Notes: generated by a model not told the origin, from the sequence alone. A stretch of DNA of 64,000 nt from Candidatus Poribacteria bacterium (GCA_965116925.1 OZ220744.1:4288001-4352000); one strand, 5' to 3'; shown: positions 39,413 through 48,932, numbered from the stretch's first letter. Numbers and translations are program-made.

Positions 39413-40447
39413 TCAGTCAGCGATTGTAACTTCCCTGCCCTTTTCGGCTGCCTCGTACAGCGCGTCCATCACCCGCTGCACATCGAGCATTTCACTGAAC
39501 CGAACAATGGGCGGACGGTTTTCCAGAATGCTCCGGCAGAAGTCTTGATAGACACTGCCAAACTGGCTTGCCTCATCGGTGCGGGGTGTCACATCTACAA
39601 TGCTACCGCCTTCCTCTAGCGCAACCCGTAGAGGCCTTAGGCTGGCAGTTCCCCAATCGCCCAAGATTTCGGCGCCACTAGGACGGGAGCGTGGGTGCAT
39701 CATCCAGTTGCTTTCCACCGCCATCGTCGAACCGTCTGCAAAGTGCACCAAACCGACATTGAAGTCTTCAATATCGCAGTCTGTCACTGATCCCTGCCAT
39801 GTGATGAGTGGGGTTTTCATCCTACGCACTTTCTGGTAGCTTGCCGCCGAGGCGCGTACCGGCTTCGGATTACCCAACGCCCAGAGGGTCGCGTCGAGAA
39901 GATGGACGGTTGTATGGAACAGCACGCCGCCGCCTGCTAGGGAACGCTTATACATAGTGGGGGTGCCGGGGATGTGCATCACATGCCCGTGCCAGAGCCG
40001 CGTGTGGTAAACGTTGCCTAGTTTCCCATCAGCAAGGAATTGACGCAACGCCTGCACTTCAGGATTGGCGCGATTTTGTAAACCCATTGACATCAGTTTC
40101 CCGCAGCGCTTTGCTGTAGCGGTCATCTCCTCCGCTTCGGCGAGATTCATCGCCAACGGTTTGGAGATCAGCACATTGGCACCCGCTTCAAAGGCAGCCA
40201 CCGCCGCGTTACGGTTGGCGGACGGTGGCAGGGCAAGACTAACAACGTCCAGTGGGTGACGCTTGAGCATTTCACGGTAATCGGTGTAATGGTATGGGAC
40301 ACCAAATTCGATAGCTGCCTCTCGCATCCTGTTTGGATTTACGTCTGCGACGGCGATAATCTCTGCTTCGGGAATCTCCATGTAGCCTTGAATATGCCCA
40401 CGTCCATGCGCCCCGCAGCCAATTATACCGACCTTGAGTTGATTCAT
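39413..40447 (-). CDS. Gfo/Idh/MocA oxidoreductase
   Basis: VGIIGCG, SKPLA, GGGVL....VHLLD. Confidence 0.9.
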   Translation of the reverse strand: MNQLKVGIIGCGAHGRGHIQGYMEIPEAEIIAVADVNPNRMREAAIEFGVPYHYTDYREMLKRHPLDVVSLALPPSANRNAAVAAFEAGANVLISKPLAMNLAEAEEMTATAKRCGKLMSMGLQNRANPEVQALRQFLADGKLGNVYHTRLWHGHVMHIPGTPTMYKRSLAGGGVLFHTTVHLLDATLWALGNPKPVRASAASYQKVRRMKTPLITWQGSVTDCDIEDFNVGLVHFADGSTMAVESNWMMHPRSRPSGAEILGDWGTASLRPLRVALEEGGSIVDVTPRTDEASQFGSVYQDFCRSILENRPPIVRFSEMLDVQRVMDALYEAAEKGREVTIAD

Positions 40448-40513
40448 ATCCTACCTTCCAAAAACGAAATTCAACAATAGGTGGCTTGAGTATGTCAACG
40501 TATTATAGATGGG

Positions 40514-41350
40514 TTAAAGTGTCCGACGCACTTTCTCAGCGTCGCTGAACAGAATCTCACGGACAGCGTTGGTCGCCTTCTCATGGAACTGAACCGCAGC
40601 AGGATCCATGTCTTTGGCTGGACGCGGAGCCTCCTTAAAATGGCCGAACCGATCCGTGCCACGCACAAGTGCTGCACTGTCCCATTCACCGATGGTCTGC
40701 TTGGTGCGGGTGGGCATATAGTGCATCGAAAGACCGATGCGTCGATCCGTTGACCGGTTGGGTCCCGATGCGTGTGCCAACCGTACATTGTGCAACGAGA
40801 TCTCACCCGGTTGTAGCGGCATTTCCACAGCCTCGACTTCATCGACCTCCACCGCGATTTCCTGTCCACGGGTCAAGAGGTTGTGCTGCTTATACTCATC
40901 CGCGTGGGGCAGGAGATCACCCTTATGGCTGCCCGGTAGGACTCGCATACAACCGGTCTCCGGTGTTGCCGGTGAAAGTGCCAACCAGACGCTGACCAAG
41001 TGGTCGGTATCAAGACCCCAATAGCGCAGATCTTGATGCCACGAGACAAAAGTCTCACTGAGTGGTTCCTTGATCCAGAAGAACGTGTTCCAGCAGAGGA
41101 TATCGGGACCGATCAGATCCTCGACCGCATCAAGAATTTTGTCATAGCGCATCAGATCGTCAACCCATGTAAAGAGCAGATGAGATTTGCTTCGCTGCGC
41201 TCCCGCAATGGGGCTGCCTTGATTGGCTTCAAATTTCTCAAGTTGTGATCGATTGGCTGCGACCTGTTCGGCGTCTAGTATCTTGACAGGGAAATAGTAC
41301 CCCTCCCGATTATATTGTGCGATAGCATTTTCGCTCAGAAGTTTCATCAT
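40514..41350 (-). CDS. PhyH-family dioxygenase
   Basis: KEP...VSWHQD..YW, WLAL, GCMRVLPGSH, HASGPN...RRIG. Confidence 0.92.
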   Translation of the reverse strand: MMKLLSENAIAQYNREGYYFPVKILDAEQVAANRSQLEKFEANQGSPIAGAQRSKSHLLFTWVDDLMRYDKILDAVEDLIGPDILCWNTFFWIKEPLSETFVSWHQDLRYWGLDTDHLVSVWLALSPATPETGCMRVLPGSHKGDLLPHADEYKQHNLLTRGQEIAVEVDEVEAVEMPLQPGEISLHNVRLAHASGPNRSTDRRIGLSMHYMPTRTKQTIGEWDSAALVRGTDRFGHFKEAPRPAKDMDPAAVQFHEKATNAVREILFSDAEKVRRTL

Positions 41351-41460
41351 TTGAACCCCCTCTAGAATCACTGGTTGCCCGCTAGAATCTTAATCGAATC
41401 TAAGTGCCTAATCCTTTAGTGGATGCCGTAAACCCTCTCAACAGCTGCTTTATCAATCTT

Positions 41461-41502
41461 GCTGACTACAGCCCTATCCTTCAGGTTGGAGCTGTAGTCA
41501 GC
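41461..41502. repeat. Strong hairpin resembling IS200/IS605 end palindromes
   Basis: gctgactacagc-cctatccttcaggttgga-gctgtagtcagc, 12-bp perfect outer stem. Confidence 0.5.
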
Positions 41503-41530
41503 CAACCCCTGTTAAGTGAATCAAAAAAGG

Positions 41531-41559
41531 TTGAAATTGTGGTCTGAATATGATATACT
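41531..41559 (+). promoter_or_regulatory. sigma70 promoter with extended -10
   Basis: TTGAAA-N17-(TG)aTATACT. Confidence 0.65.
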
Positions 41560-41667
41560 CGCTTTGGGTTTCGTGGGAAGGTCTTACGCCACTGCGACAA
41601 ATGGTCCCTTAACACTAGGTGTCTACCACCATGCTAACCACAACAGATATCGCAGAATAGCCTGCAC

Positions 41668-41961
41668 ATGACACCTCAGCCAACCCAAATTCAACGCCTT
41701 CCAGACGCAATTAGTGTTCAATGGAACGATGGACACCAAAGCGAGTATTCCCATCAACTGCTACGTCAAAGGTGCCCATGTGCACGGTGCCAATCAGAGC
41801 AATCGGATAAAAACCCGCTACGCCTGTTACCCACCAACTCGTTATCCAAAAACCTTACACTCGTTGATATACAGCGTGTCGGTCGTTACGCGATCCGGTT
41901 GATTTGGGCGGACGGCCACAAGACAGGCATCTATACATTTGATTTTCTGCGCTCGCTTTAA
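41668..41961 (+). CDS. DUF971 / gamma-butyrobetaine hydroxylase N-terminal-like metal-binding protein
   Basis: WNDGH.S.Y, LR..CPCA.C, VGRYA...W.DGH.TGIY. Confidence 0.9.
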   Translation: MTPQPTQIQRLPDAISVQWNDGHQSEYSHQLLRQRCPCARCQSEQSDKNPLRLLPTNSLSKNLTLVDIQRVGRYAIRLIWADGHKTGIYTFDFLRSL

Positions 41962-41986
41962 CCAAGTCTGATAGGGACGGTGTCCG

Positions 41987-42009
41987 GTTGATGAACCCCT
42001 TTCATCAAC
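41987..42009. terminator. Hairpin between convergent genes, possible terminator
   Basis: gttgatgaa-cccct-ttcatcaac. Confidence 0.4.
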
Positions 42010-42046
42010 TGATTCTCTCTCCTGTCACCTTTTCACGGATGGTTTG

Positions 42047-43048
42047 CTAATCATTTCCAGCAGCACTTTGATTGTCCACCTGTTCCTCCGATGAAAACAC
42101 CTTAAAATCACAGATAGCGTGCCGAAAAACAACGATTTTTGATTCGTTTTCTAAAATCATCTTAATCTCGTACCTGCTGACCCAATCCACCAATCCCCGA
42201 AAAACTTCTCCTTCCAGCATCGTGACTTCGATTGTGTGCCGAGCCCGCCGCGCTTGAACAATAGTTCGCGTATCGAGACTATAGCGTTTTTTTCGTTGTA
42301 TTATGGGTTTTAAGTTTTGTTCCTTAATTTCCTCGTTGTAGCGGATAATTGACTGTATGTCCGTAGCATCCTTCGCCTTGTAACAGTATTTGACATCGGT
42401 TTTCGGCAGTTCTTGTCTTTCTGCTTCCCCCCCGATAGGATTGGGATTCCGAGCAACTTGTAAAACGAAGTCGTATTTGGTGAATCCAGTGACTGTCACA
42501 GGTAGCAGCGTATGATTATACAATCCAAAAAACATGGGCGTTTGAAGACGGATCTGTTTCTGTGTGTAGAGATCGCCAAAGGTTGGCTGTTCATCAGGCG
42601 AGGAGGCTAGTTCTGGTTTGGGAGTGTGCGGAGGAGAAGGTTTCTGATCTGGGGGAGTATCAATCAATTCAGACGTTGCTGTTTTAACTCTTGGAGTTGA
42701 TAAAGCAGCCGGTGTGGGTCGAGTAGGACTTTGAGACGAGGCAAACGCCTCCTTCTCAGAACCATCTCTTGGCTGCTGAGGTGGGACATAGTTGCGAGGT
42801 ATCACTGCCTTACCTTGCCTCAATCGCTTCTGCTCAAGTGGGGTAAGCAGGATTTTGACGTTCTGGGCGATAGGACCTCTATCGCCAACAGCTACTTCGT
42901 ATCTGACATGCTGTCCTACGTGAATTTCGTCGTATCCACCCTGGATCGCGGAGATATGCATAAAAACATCTCCTTCACCGGTGTCTTGAGCGATGAATCC
43001 ATACCCTTTGTCTGAGTTATAATATTTGACTCGTCCCGTTAGCATCAT
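42047..43048 (-). CDS. Cold-shock domain protein with two C-terminal Hfq/LSm-like domains
   Basis: aa3-67 CSD with KGYGFI (RNP1) and VFMH (RNP2); Pro-rich linker; aa~158-223 and ~259-316 Sm-like, the latter ending VVFRHAI. Confidence 0.78.
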   Translation of the reverse strand: MMLTGRVKYYNSDKGYGFIAQDTGEGDVFMHISAIQGGYDEIHVGQHVRYEVAVGDRGPIAQNVKILLTPLEQKRLRQGKAVIPRNYVPPQQPRDGSEKEAFASSQSPTRPTPAALSTPRVKTATSELIDTPPDQKPSPPHTPKPELASSPDEQPTFGDLYTQKQIRLQTPMFFGLYNHTLLPVTVTGFTKYDFVLQVARNPNPIGGEAERQELPKTDVKYCYKAKDATDIQSIIRYNEEIKEQNLKPIIQRKKRYSLDTRTIVQARRARHTIEVTMLEGEVFRGLVDWVSRYEIKMILENESKIVVFRHAICDFKVFSSEEQVDNQSAAGND

Positions 43049-43093
43049 TTTTTCTCCGTTGGATTAAAGATTTCCGATTGGAATGCGAGCGAT

Positions 43094-43915
43094 TTAGTAA
43101 TAGCACGGAAGATTCCTACCTTGGATGGGATCAACATATTTTGTTAAGTCACGCAGGGAAATAACAGTACAGTCGCTGTCGTGAAGATAATCCATGTAGG
43201 CTTCAAATGTTTCGGGATCTGTGTTGACCCAAGGGTGCTCAAGTGCGGGTACACCGTGAAAGGTCAAGACGGCAATCTGTCCATCTCTTGCCCCCTCAAC
43301 TGCCCACACCAAGTCGTCAAAGGTCCAGTGCGGTCCCGAAGCACCTGTCGTCGGGATGAGCAGCGGATGATGTTTCGCTGGGTTGTATGCGGGTCCTCGT
43401 CCTCCCTCTGAATCGCAGGTAAACTCCGGTGCAATGCCGCGTCGTGCAAAGAGGAATCCTTTCTCAGTCAAGACTTTCACAGCTTCAGGTCCGTTAGAAT
43501 AACCCGGATAACAGAATGTCTCAGGTACAGGGATATTGTATTCCTTGCAACGTAGATCGATGTGTCGCAGGTCAGCGAGCAACTCTTCGCTCGATTGGTT
43601 GTTCACGTTTTTGTGATGGCGGGTGTGGTTGCCAATTTCAAAACCGGCTTCGTGCAGTTCCTTAACCTCTTCCCATGTTACATAGCGGTCTTTGTTTTTG
43701 AGAAAGTTGAGTCCTTCAGTGATGAAAAAGGTCCCACCGAAACCGTAACTCTTCAGTAAGGGTGCTACATAGGTGGCATCCGACTTATTGCCGTCATCGA
43801 AGGTCAAGACAATCAGCCGGTCGGGAATGGGTTGGAGATCTTGGGAGGCGGATATATTCCTATCGTTATCATAAACACGTGATTCGTTCATCGGCTTCCT
43901 TTCAGCGGGACTCAT
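43094..43915 (-). CDS. Polysaccharide deacetylase (CE4/NodB)
   Basis: LTFDDG, GTFFI, EIGNHT..H, FCYPG, TFHG; true start may be at MNESR. Confidence 0.9.
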   Translation of the reverse strand: MSPAERKPMNESRVYDNDRNISASQDLQPIPDRLIVLTFDDGNKSDATYVAPLLKSYGFGGTFFITEGLNFLKNKDRYVTWEEVKELHEAGFEIGNHTRHHKNVNNQSSEELLADLRHIDLRCKEYNIPVPETFCYPGYSNGPEAVKVLTEKGFLFARRGIAPEFTCDSEGGRGPAYNPAKHHPLLIPTTGASGPHWTFDDLVWAVEGARDGQIAVLTFHGVPALEHPWVNTDPETFEAYMDYLHDSDCTVISLRDLTKYVDPIQGRNLPCYY

Positions 43916-44979
43916 TAGCTGGTTTCCAAGAACTCCCAGAGTCGGTCAAATTGCGCCCCTGTAACAGGTTGATGGCGCAGGATGGTATTGGTATCCTTTC
44001 GCTCCATGTAGCTCGGCGCAAACTCCAATCCCGCGCGAAGTTCGTCGCGGCTTATGCCTACCTCCCTTGGTCGGCGGCGCACTTTGCATCTGTCTAGTCG
44101 ATTCGTCAGAATCTCTGGATGCTCGTCACATTGCCAAGCGATGATAATTGCGCTGAACGCGACCATCTCTCCATGGATGTAGCTTGTGTTATGCTTTTCT
44201 TCTAGGGCAAGCCAGAAATCGTGGTCTCCGCTTGCAGCCTCCGGTCGTTGAATCCAGCGAGAATCGCGTTCTTGTACACTTTTCATGATGTGCCGCACGC
44301 TTTTCCCTGTCAAGTTTCCGTGCGTATCAAGAGTGGCTTCAAATCCTCGGGTAATCTCTTCATGGTGGCTGAGGACATCCGCAATTACTGTTTCGTCGCA
44401 AGGGGGGCCTATGCCGTTTTTGGCACGCCAACGCCATTCTACGGGTGCCGCATACCCGCATAGTATATCACCGAGTCCAGCGGTATTCAGATAATAGGGT
44501 GCTTCGAGAATCAGGTCGTCATCCACCAAAACATGGTCGCAGTCCACCCAGAGCCAATCATCGAGTGCTCCAACGATTTTCCGCCCTTCCCATTTCGCTA
44601 CAACTCCATGGATGATCGCTCCCGTTGATACAATCGTTGGCACCATGACAAGCGGCAGGTCTTTATCTAACGCTACGAACTTTGAAGCATCTAGTGCCCG
44701 TCCGCCGCCCAGCCCAACCACTAACTCCGCGTCATCAGCTAAACTATCGCTTATTTCCTTTTGATGTTTGGAATCCAACCACATCGCATGGGCTACCCCT
44801 GCGGGCGGTTTGGATAGATAGGGTTGTGCTGTTCTGTATGCAGTCGGTGTGGATACCATTAAGTAACGTGGCCACCCGGCACTCTCCTTTTTCAGCAGCC
44901 CTGAATCGTAGCGAATATCATATTCCGCTGCCGGCTTCATCTGACTTGCATGGGACCAGCCGCGCCCTGCTTTATTCAT
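43915..44979 (-). CDS. Glycerol/glycerol-1-phosphate dehydrogenase-like (DHQ/Fe-ADH superfamily)
   Basis: VGLGGGRALDASK, VPT, AGLGD, DH, HGE. Confidence 0.8.
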   Translation of the reverse strand: MNKAGRGWSHASQMKPAAEYDIRYDSGLLKKESAGWPRYLMVSTPTAYRTAQPYLSKPPAGVAHAMWLDSKHQKEISDSLADDAELVVGLGGGRALDASKFVALDKDLPLVMVPTIVSTGAIIHGVVAKWEGRKIVGALDDWLWVDCDHVLVDDDLILEAPYYLNTAGLGDILCGYAAPVEWRWRAKNGIGPPCDETVIADVLSHHEEITRGFEATLDTHGNLTGKSVRHIMKSVQERDSRWIQRPEAASGDHDFWLALEEKHNTSYIHGEMVAFSAIIIAWQCDEHPEILTNRLDRCKVRRRPREVGISRDELRAGLEFAPSYMERKDTNTILRHQPVTGAQFDRLWEFLETS

Positions 44980-45006
44980 GTTTCCTACCTCTCTTTTTCA
45001 GCGTTT

Positions 45007-45230
45007 TATAGTGGACCTTAGAATTAATGAAACACTCCAAATCGGTGCGGTTACATGAAGATAAAAAAAACAGTTCGGTAATTTGCTAGCGACACCGGCG
45101 CGGGGGAAAACCGCGCCTACCGTGTGTTTCGAGGAAAATCGAGATTACCGATTTAAATACTTAAATCTCATCAAACCGCACCTACCAAGTGAGGGGCGAA
45201 AGTGTCTATTTATTTTTAGAATTCACTATA
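45007..45230. mobile_element. TA-flanked MITE, long nested form
   Basis: tatagtggaccttagaattaat...atttatttttagaattcactata. Confidence 0.82.
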
Positions 45231-45466
45231 GTACTATGGATTATCTAGCACGTTTTCTATTTTGAGTTTGAACAGGAGCTCTCTCATTCTTGACCGGGTA
45301 TTGAAAACACTCCCTGCATTTTATCCAATTCCGTTTCGATTTTCAAGCCTTTTCTAATCTGGGAAGCGGTGCCAAACTTACAACCCAACCTTTAGAAGGG
45401 GCAAGCGTCAAATCTGTTGTCATCTAGATATGGAATCGCCACTGTTTCAACAAGTAGGATACCACA

Positions 45467-47278
45467 ATGAAAGATATGATTATTTCAGATCTAAGCCAGT
45501 GTCAACCAACTCACTGTCTTGACCGGGACTATCGGCACGGCACTTGGCGGTTGATTGACTATGAAACCGAAGAGTTTGCTGGCACAATGATCTATTCTGG
45601 TCCTGGGATGAATTCCGAACCGCTGACATTGTCCTTAAACTGTGAAGGCTACCATGCAATATATGTGGGCGTCCATTACCCGGGCCAGTTTGGGGATGCT
45701 CATGCGCGCCTCCGTTTGACCGATGATCCGGCATACACTCTCGTGAGGGCAGAGACGCAATCTGGAAAGGACCTCAACGGCATTCCACTGGAACTGCGAT
45801 GGAGCCACACAACGAAGGCATTCTCAGATTACCAAGTTTCTGAGGCTTTCTGGAAGGTCGCGGATCTCACCGGGGTTGACCTCATCATTAGTCGCTTCAA
45901 CGAGGGTGGTCGGGGAGGTAGTTACGGCGAGATATACAGCAACTTGGTCTATGTACGACTCGTCCCCCTTTCTGAAGCGGAGATCGAGGAATACCAGCAG
46001 GAATTGCCTCGGAGGGATACCAAACGCCTTGTGGCTATGAACGATGCCGGTATTTTCTCCGAACTGCGCACGAAGGAAGATATCTGGGCGCAATTTGAGC
46101 CGTATCGGGACAGCGATGTGGAGATTATGCTGTGGGCGACCTTCAAAGGCGAAAATTGTACCTATCGCAGCCGCATTGGGCGCACACTGACCGACAGTGA
46201 CAATCCCTTTGATCGCTTCGCTGCTCACGAACGTTGGGACGTGACGCTTGAGAAGTTAGAGGAACAGGGGGTTGACTTTATGACAGAGGTGGTACAAGCT
46301 GCCCATGCGCTTGGCATACGCATCTTCCCAAGCCTCCGTCTACAGGGACCGAAAGCGGTGCCGTTAGAGATGGAAAAGGGAAGCTTCTATGAACGGCATC
46401 CCGAATTTCGTTGCAAGGATAAGCACGGTAGGGGGATAGCGCATCTCAGTTTGGCTTTTCCTGAAGTCCGGCAGCTGTGGATTTCTCTCCTCTGTGAAGC
46501 ACTGGAATACGGATTTGATGGGGTGCATGTGATTTTTTGTCGCTCCCAGCCGTTTGTGTTATATGAAGCACCGGTGATTCAGCAATTTCGTGAGGAATAT
46601 GGAGAAGATCCCCGTGACTGTCCGGACGACGACCCACGTTTCTGGAGAGTTCTGTCCATCTTTGTTACCCAATTTGCGCGTGAACTCAGGGCGGCTGTCG
46701 ATGCCATGGGCGAAAAAATGGGGCGGAAGCTCGAAATTGCCTACAATATTACCTCGACAATGGAAAGTCGGCTTCGGGCACCGGGGGTTGATCCGACTTC
46801 TAGACCAGAAGTCGCTGGCGGCACTGGTAAATATAATCTTAGCGAGGTCATGCAAAGTAATATGGTATGGGGAATTGATGTTGAGACTTTGGTGCAAGAG
46901 GGCTTGGTAGATTACTTGATGCCCCATCCAACTTTTGCAACGAACGCGGCAGAATGGATTCGACCGATGGTGGAATTGGTGAAGGACACGCCGGTGAAGT
47001 TGTATCCAGACCTTTATCCCCGCCGTCAACCTCCAGCCGCCTCCCTGTACTCCGCGCAAACCTTATATGAATTGGGCTGTGATGGTCTCACCTTGTGGGA
47101 CACCTATTCTCGGGTGTTCCGGATCTCTGAATGGGCGATGATGAAACGTCTAGGTCATCGGGAAGTGTTGAAAGATTGGCGCGAGAGTAGCAAGGGCGAC
47201 GACTACTTTCGCGTCCTGAATTTCAAATGGATTGGCGATCGGAGTGGTGATCCACGCTATTATCAAACCAATGGATAA
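45467..47278 (+). CDS. GHL10-like TIM-barrel protein with extra N-terminal domain
   Basis: AMND, AHALGI..FPSLR, HPEF, AFPEVR, YGFDG...F.R, IDVE, GCDGL..WD. Confidence 0.65.
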   Translation: MKDMIISDLSQCQPTHCLDRDYRHGTWRLIDYETEEFAGTMIYSGPGMNSEPLTLSLNCEGYHAIYVGVHYPGQFGDAHARLRLTDDPAYTLVRAETQSGKDLNGIPLELRWSHTTKAFSDYQVSEAFWKVADLTGVDLIISRFNEGGRGGSYGEIYSNLVYVRLVPLSEAEIEEYQQELPRRDTKRLVAMNDAGIFSELRTKEDIWAQFEPYRDSDVEIMLWATFKGENCTYRSRIGRTLTDSDNPFDRFAAHERWDVTLEKLEEQGVDFMTEVVQAAHALGIRIFPSLRLQGPKAVPLEMEKGSFYERHPEFRCKDKHGRGIAHLSLAFPEVRQLWISLLCEALEYGFDGVHVIFCRSQPFVLYEAPVIQQFREEYGEDPRDCPDDDPRFWRVLSIFVTQFARELRAAVDAMGEKMGRKLEIAYNITSTMESRLRAPGVDPTSRPEVAGGTGKYNLSEVMQSNMVWGIDVETLVQEGLVDYLMPHPTFATNAAEWIRPMVELVKDTPVKLYPDLYPRRQPPAASLYSAQTLYELGCDGLTLWDTYSRVFRISEWAMMKRLGHREVLKDWRESSKGDDYFRVLNFKWIGDRSGDPRYYQTNG

Positions 47279-47543
47279 ATAGCTTTTTGCTTCGTCATTA
47301 TCCCTATTGTACAAGCGAATCGTTATTGAAAAACTGCAACAGAGTAGTAGGATCATTTAATGCTTCGGGCGGGGCAAGATGCCCCGCCTACGATGAGTAG
47401 ATTCTTGACTGTATGGGATTGGTTATGCTACGATAATCTTCGTGATTTACCTCTTTTCGATTTGGTTATGGTTGACCGGACAGATACTCAGGCGACGAGA
47501 GGTTCAGATACAATCTAATGAGCAGATTGGTAGTTTTTAACCC

Positions 47544-48932
47544 ATGACAGACCACCACCAGCGAAACAGCAATATACTCCAGCGTTGGGGAGCAGTGCTA
47601 ACAACTTGGACCGAAAGATGGATTCCAGATGCCCTCGTAATTGTTTGGATACTGACCGCAGTTTGCTTTATTTTCGCCCTCGTTTGGGGAGACGCTTCCC
47701 CGGTGTCAGCGGTAAAGGCGTGGGGCAATGGGTTTTGGGTGTTGCTTGAGTTTGGGATGCAGGTCTGTCTGACGATGATGACAGGGTATATTCTCGCTAG
47801 TGCACCGATTGTCAGACGCATCCTTCAGAAGCTGGCGTCGTTACCAAATCCGGATAAGCCGACGCAATCAATTATTCTGATGAGTCTGTTTTCGATGGTT
47901 ACTGCTTGGCTCAGTTGGGCTTTCAGTCTGATTGCAAGTGCGCTGTTTGCCGTGTTCTTGGTGCACCGAAATCAGAAGGTCGATTATCGGCTGCTTGTGG
48001 CAGCAGCTTATCTCGGACTTGGGTGTACGTGGCACGCCGGATTGTCCGCTTCCGCGCCGCTTTTGGTGAATACGCCCGATAACTTCCTAATCCAAGGTGG
48101 GATTCTCCAGACTACGATTCCAGCGAACGAAACCATTTTTAGCCTTTTTAACATTATCTTGCTTGTGTTGGTGATCCTTGTGGTAACCGCACTGATGGCG
48201 GTGATGCACCCTTCAGCAGAAAACAGTTACCGGATCAAACCCGAACTTTTAGAACAGTTGCAACTGTTCGAGGCACCTGAAAAACCACATTTGATGTCAC
48301 CATCAATACGGCTGAATTGGTGGCCCGGTTTTAACTTGATTGTCGGAATGGCTGGACTGGCTTGGCTTTTTGGCAACGTTGTCCGTTTAGGCTTCGCCAA
48401 TGCTATTACCCTGAATACCGTCAATTTCTTTTTTCTGATGCTCAGTATTCTCCTACATTGGTATCCGTGGCGATTTCTTAAAGCAGCAGAAAACGCAGGC
48501 AAAATTGTGTGGGGTGTTATTATTCAGTTCCCATTCTACGCCGGTATCTTTGGGCTGTTCAAATTTACCAATCTTGCGACTGCGTTCACCCAAGCCTTCA
48601 TTGCCATAGGAAGCAAAAACACGTTCCTGTTGATTGCTTATTGGTATGCCGGTATTTTGAATTATTTTATTCCCTCCGGTGGCTCAGAATGGGCGGTTAC
48701 AGCACCATACCTTATACCCGCGGGTAACGCGCTCGGTGTTGATGCCTCAAAGATAGTTGTTGCATACGCTTGGGGCGATATGATGACTGACATGATTCAG
48801 CCCTTCTGGGCGATTGCAATGCTTGCCATTGTTAAACTGGAATTTAGAGAGATTATGGGTCGCCTATTACTGGTTTTCTTTGTGTATTTTGGGGTGACAT
48901 CGACGGCGTTTCTTGTGTGGCCCTTGTTGTAG
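47544..48932 (+). CDS. atoE: Short-chain fatty acid transporter (AtoE family)
   Basis: PDA, WGNGFW.LL.F.MQ, DYRLLVAAAY, QFPFYAGI, PSGG, AWGD, QPFWA. Confidence 0.88.
   Translation: MTDHHQRNSNILQRWGAVLTTWTERWIPDALVIVWILTAVCFIFALVWGDASPVSAVKAWGNGFWVLLEFGMQVCLTMMTGYILASAPIVRRILQKLASLPNPDKPTQSIILMSLFSMVTAWLSWAFSLIASALFAVFLVHRNQKVDYRLLVAAAYLGLGCTWHAGLSASAPLLVNTPDNFLIQGGILQTTIPANETIFSLFNIILLVLVILVVTALMAVMHPSAENSYRIKPELLEQLQLFEAPEKPHLMSPSIRLNWWPGFNLIVGMAGLAWLFGNVVRLGFANAITLNTVNFFFLMLSILLHWYPWRFLKAAENAGKIVWGVIIQFPFYAGIFGLFKFTNLATAFTQAFIAIGSKNTFLLIAYWYAGILNYFIPSGGSEWAVTAPYLIPAGNALGVDASKIVVAYAWGDMMTDMIQPFWAIAMLAIVKLEFREIMGRLLLVFFVYFGVTSTAFLVWPLL

Noticed and set aside
41570..41600. Cobalamin riboswitch (gggaa...gccactg)
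   Set aside because: The motifs are too close together and the remaining B12-box elements are missing.
42425..42452. Small palindrome (cccgataggattggg) encoding NPNPIGG within the first Sm-like domain, possibly an in-frame repeat insertion
   Set aside because: Too short to distinguish from chance without ortholog alignment.
45083..45265. 60-aa ORF (also 4070-4327, 5443-5643, 13063-13257, 13165-13359, 35655-35915)
   Set aside because: These lie within MITE/REP repeats and show no RBS or protein motif; they are repeat-derived open frames.
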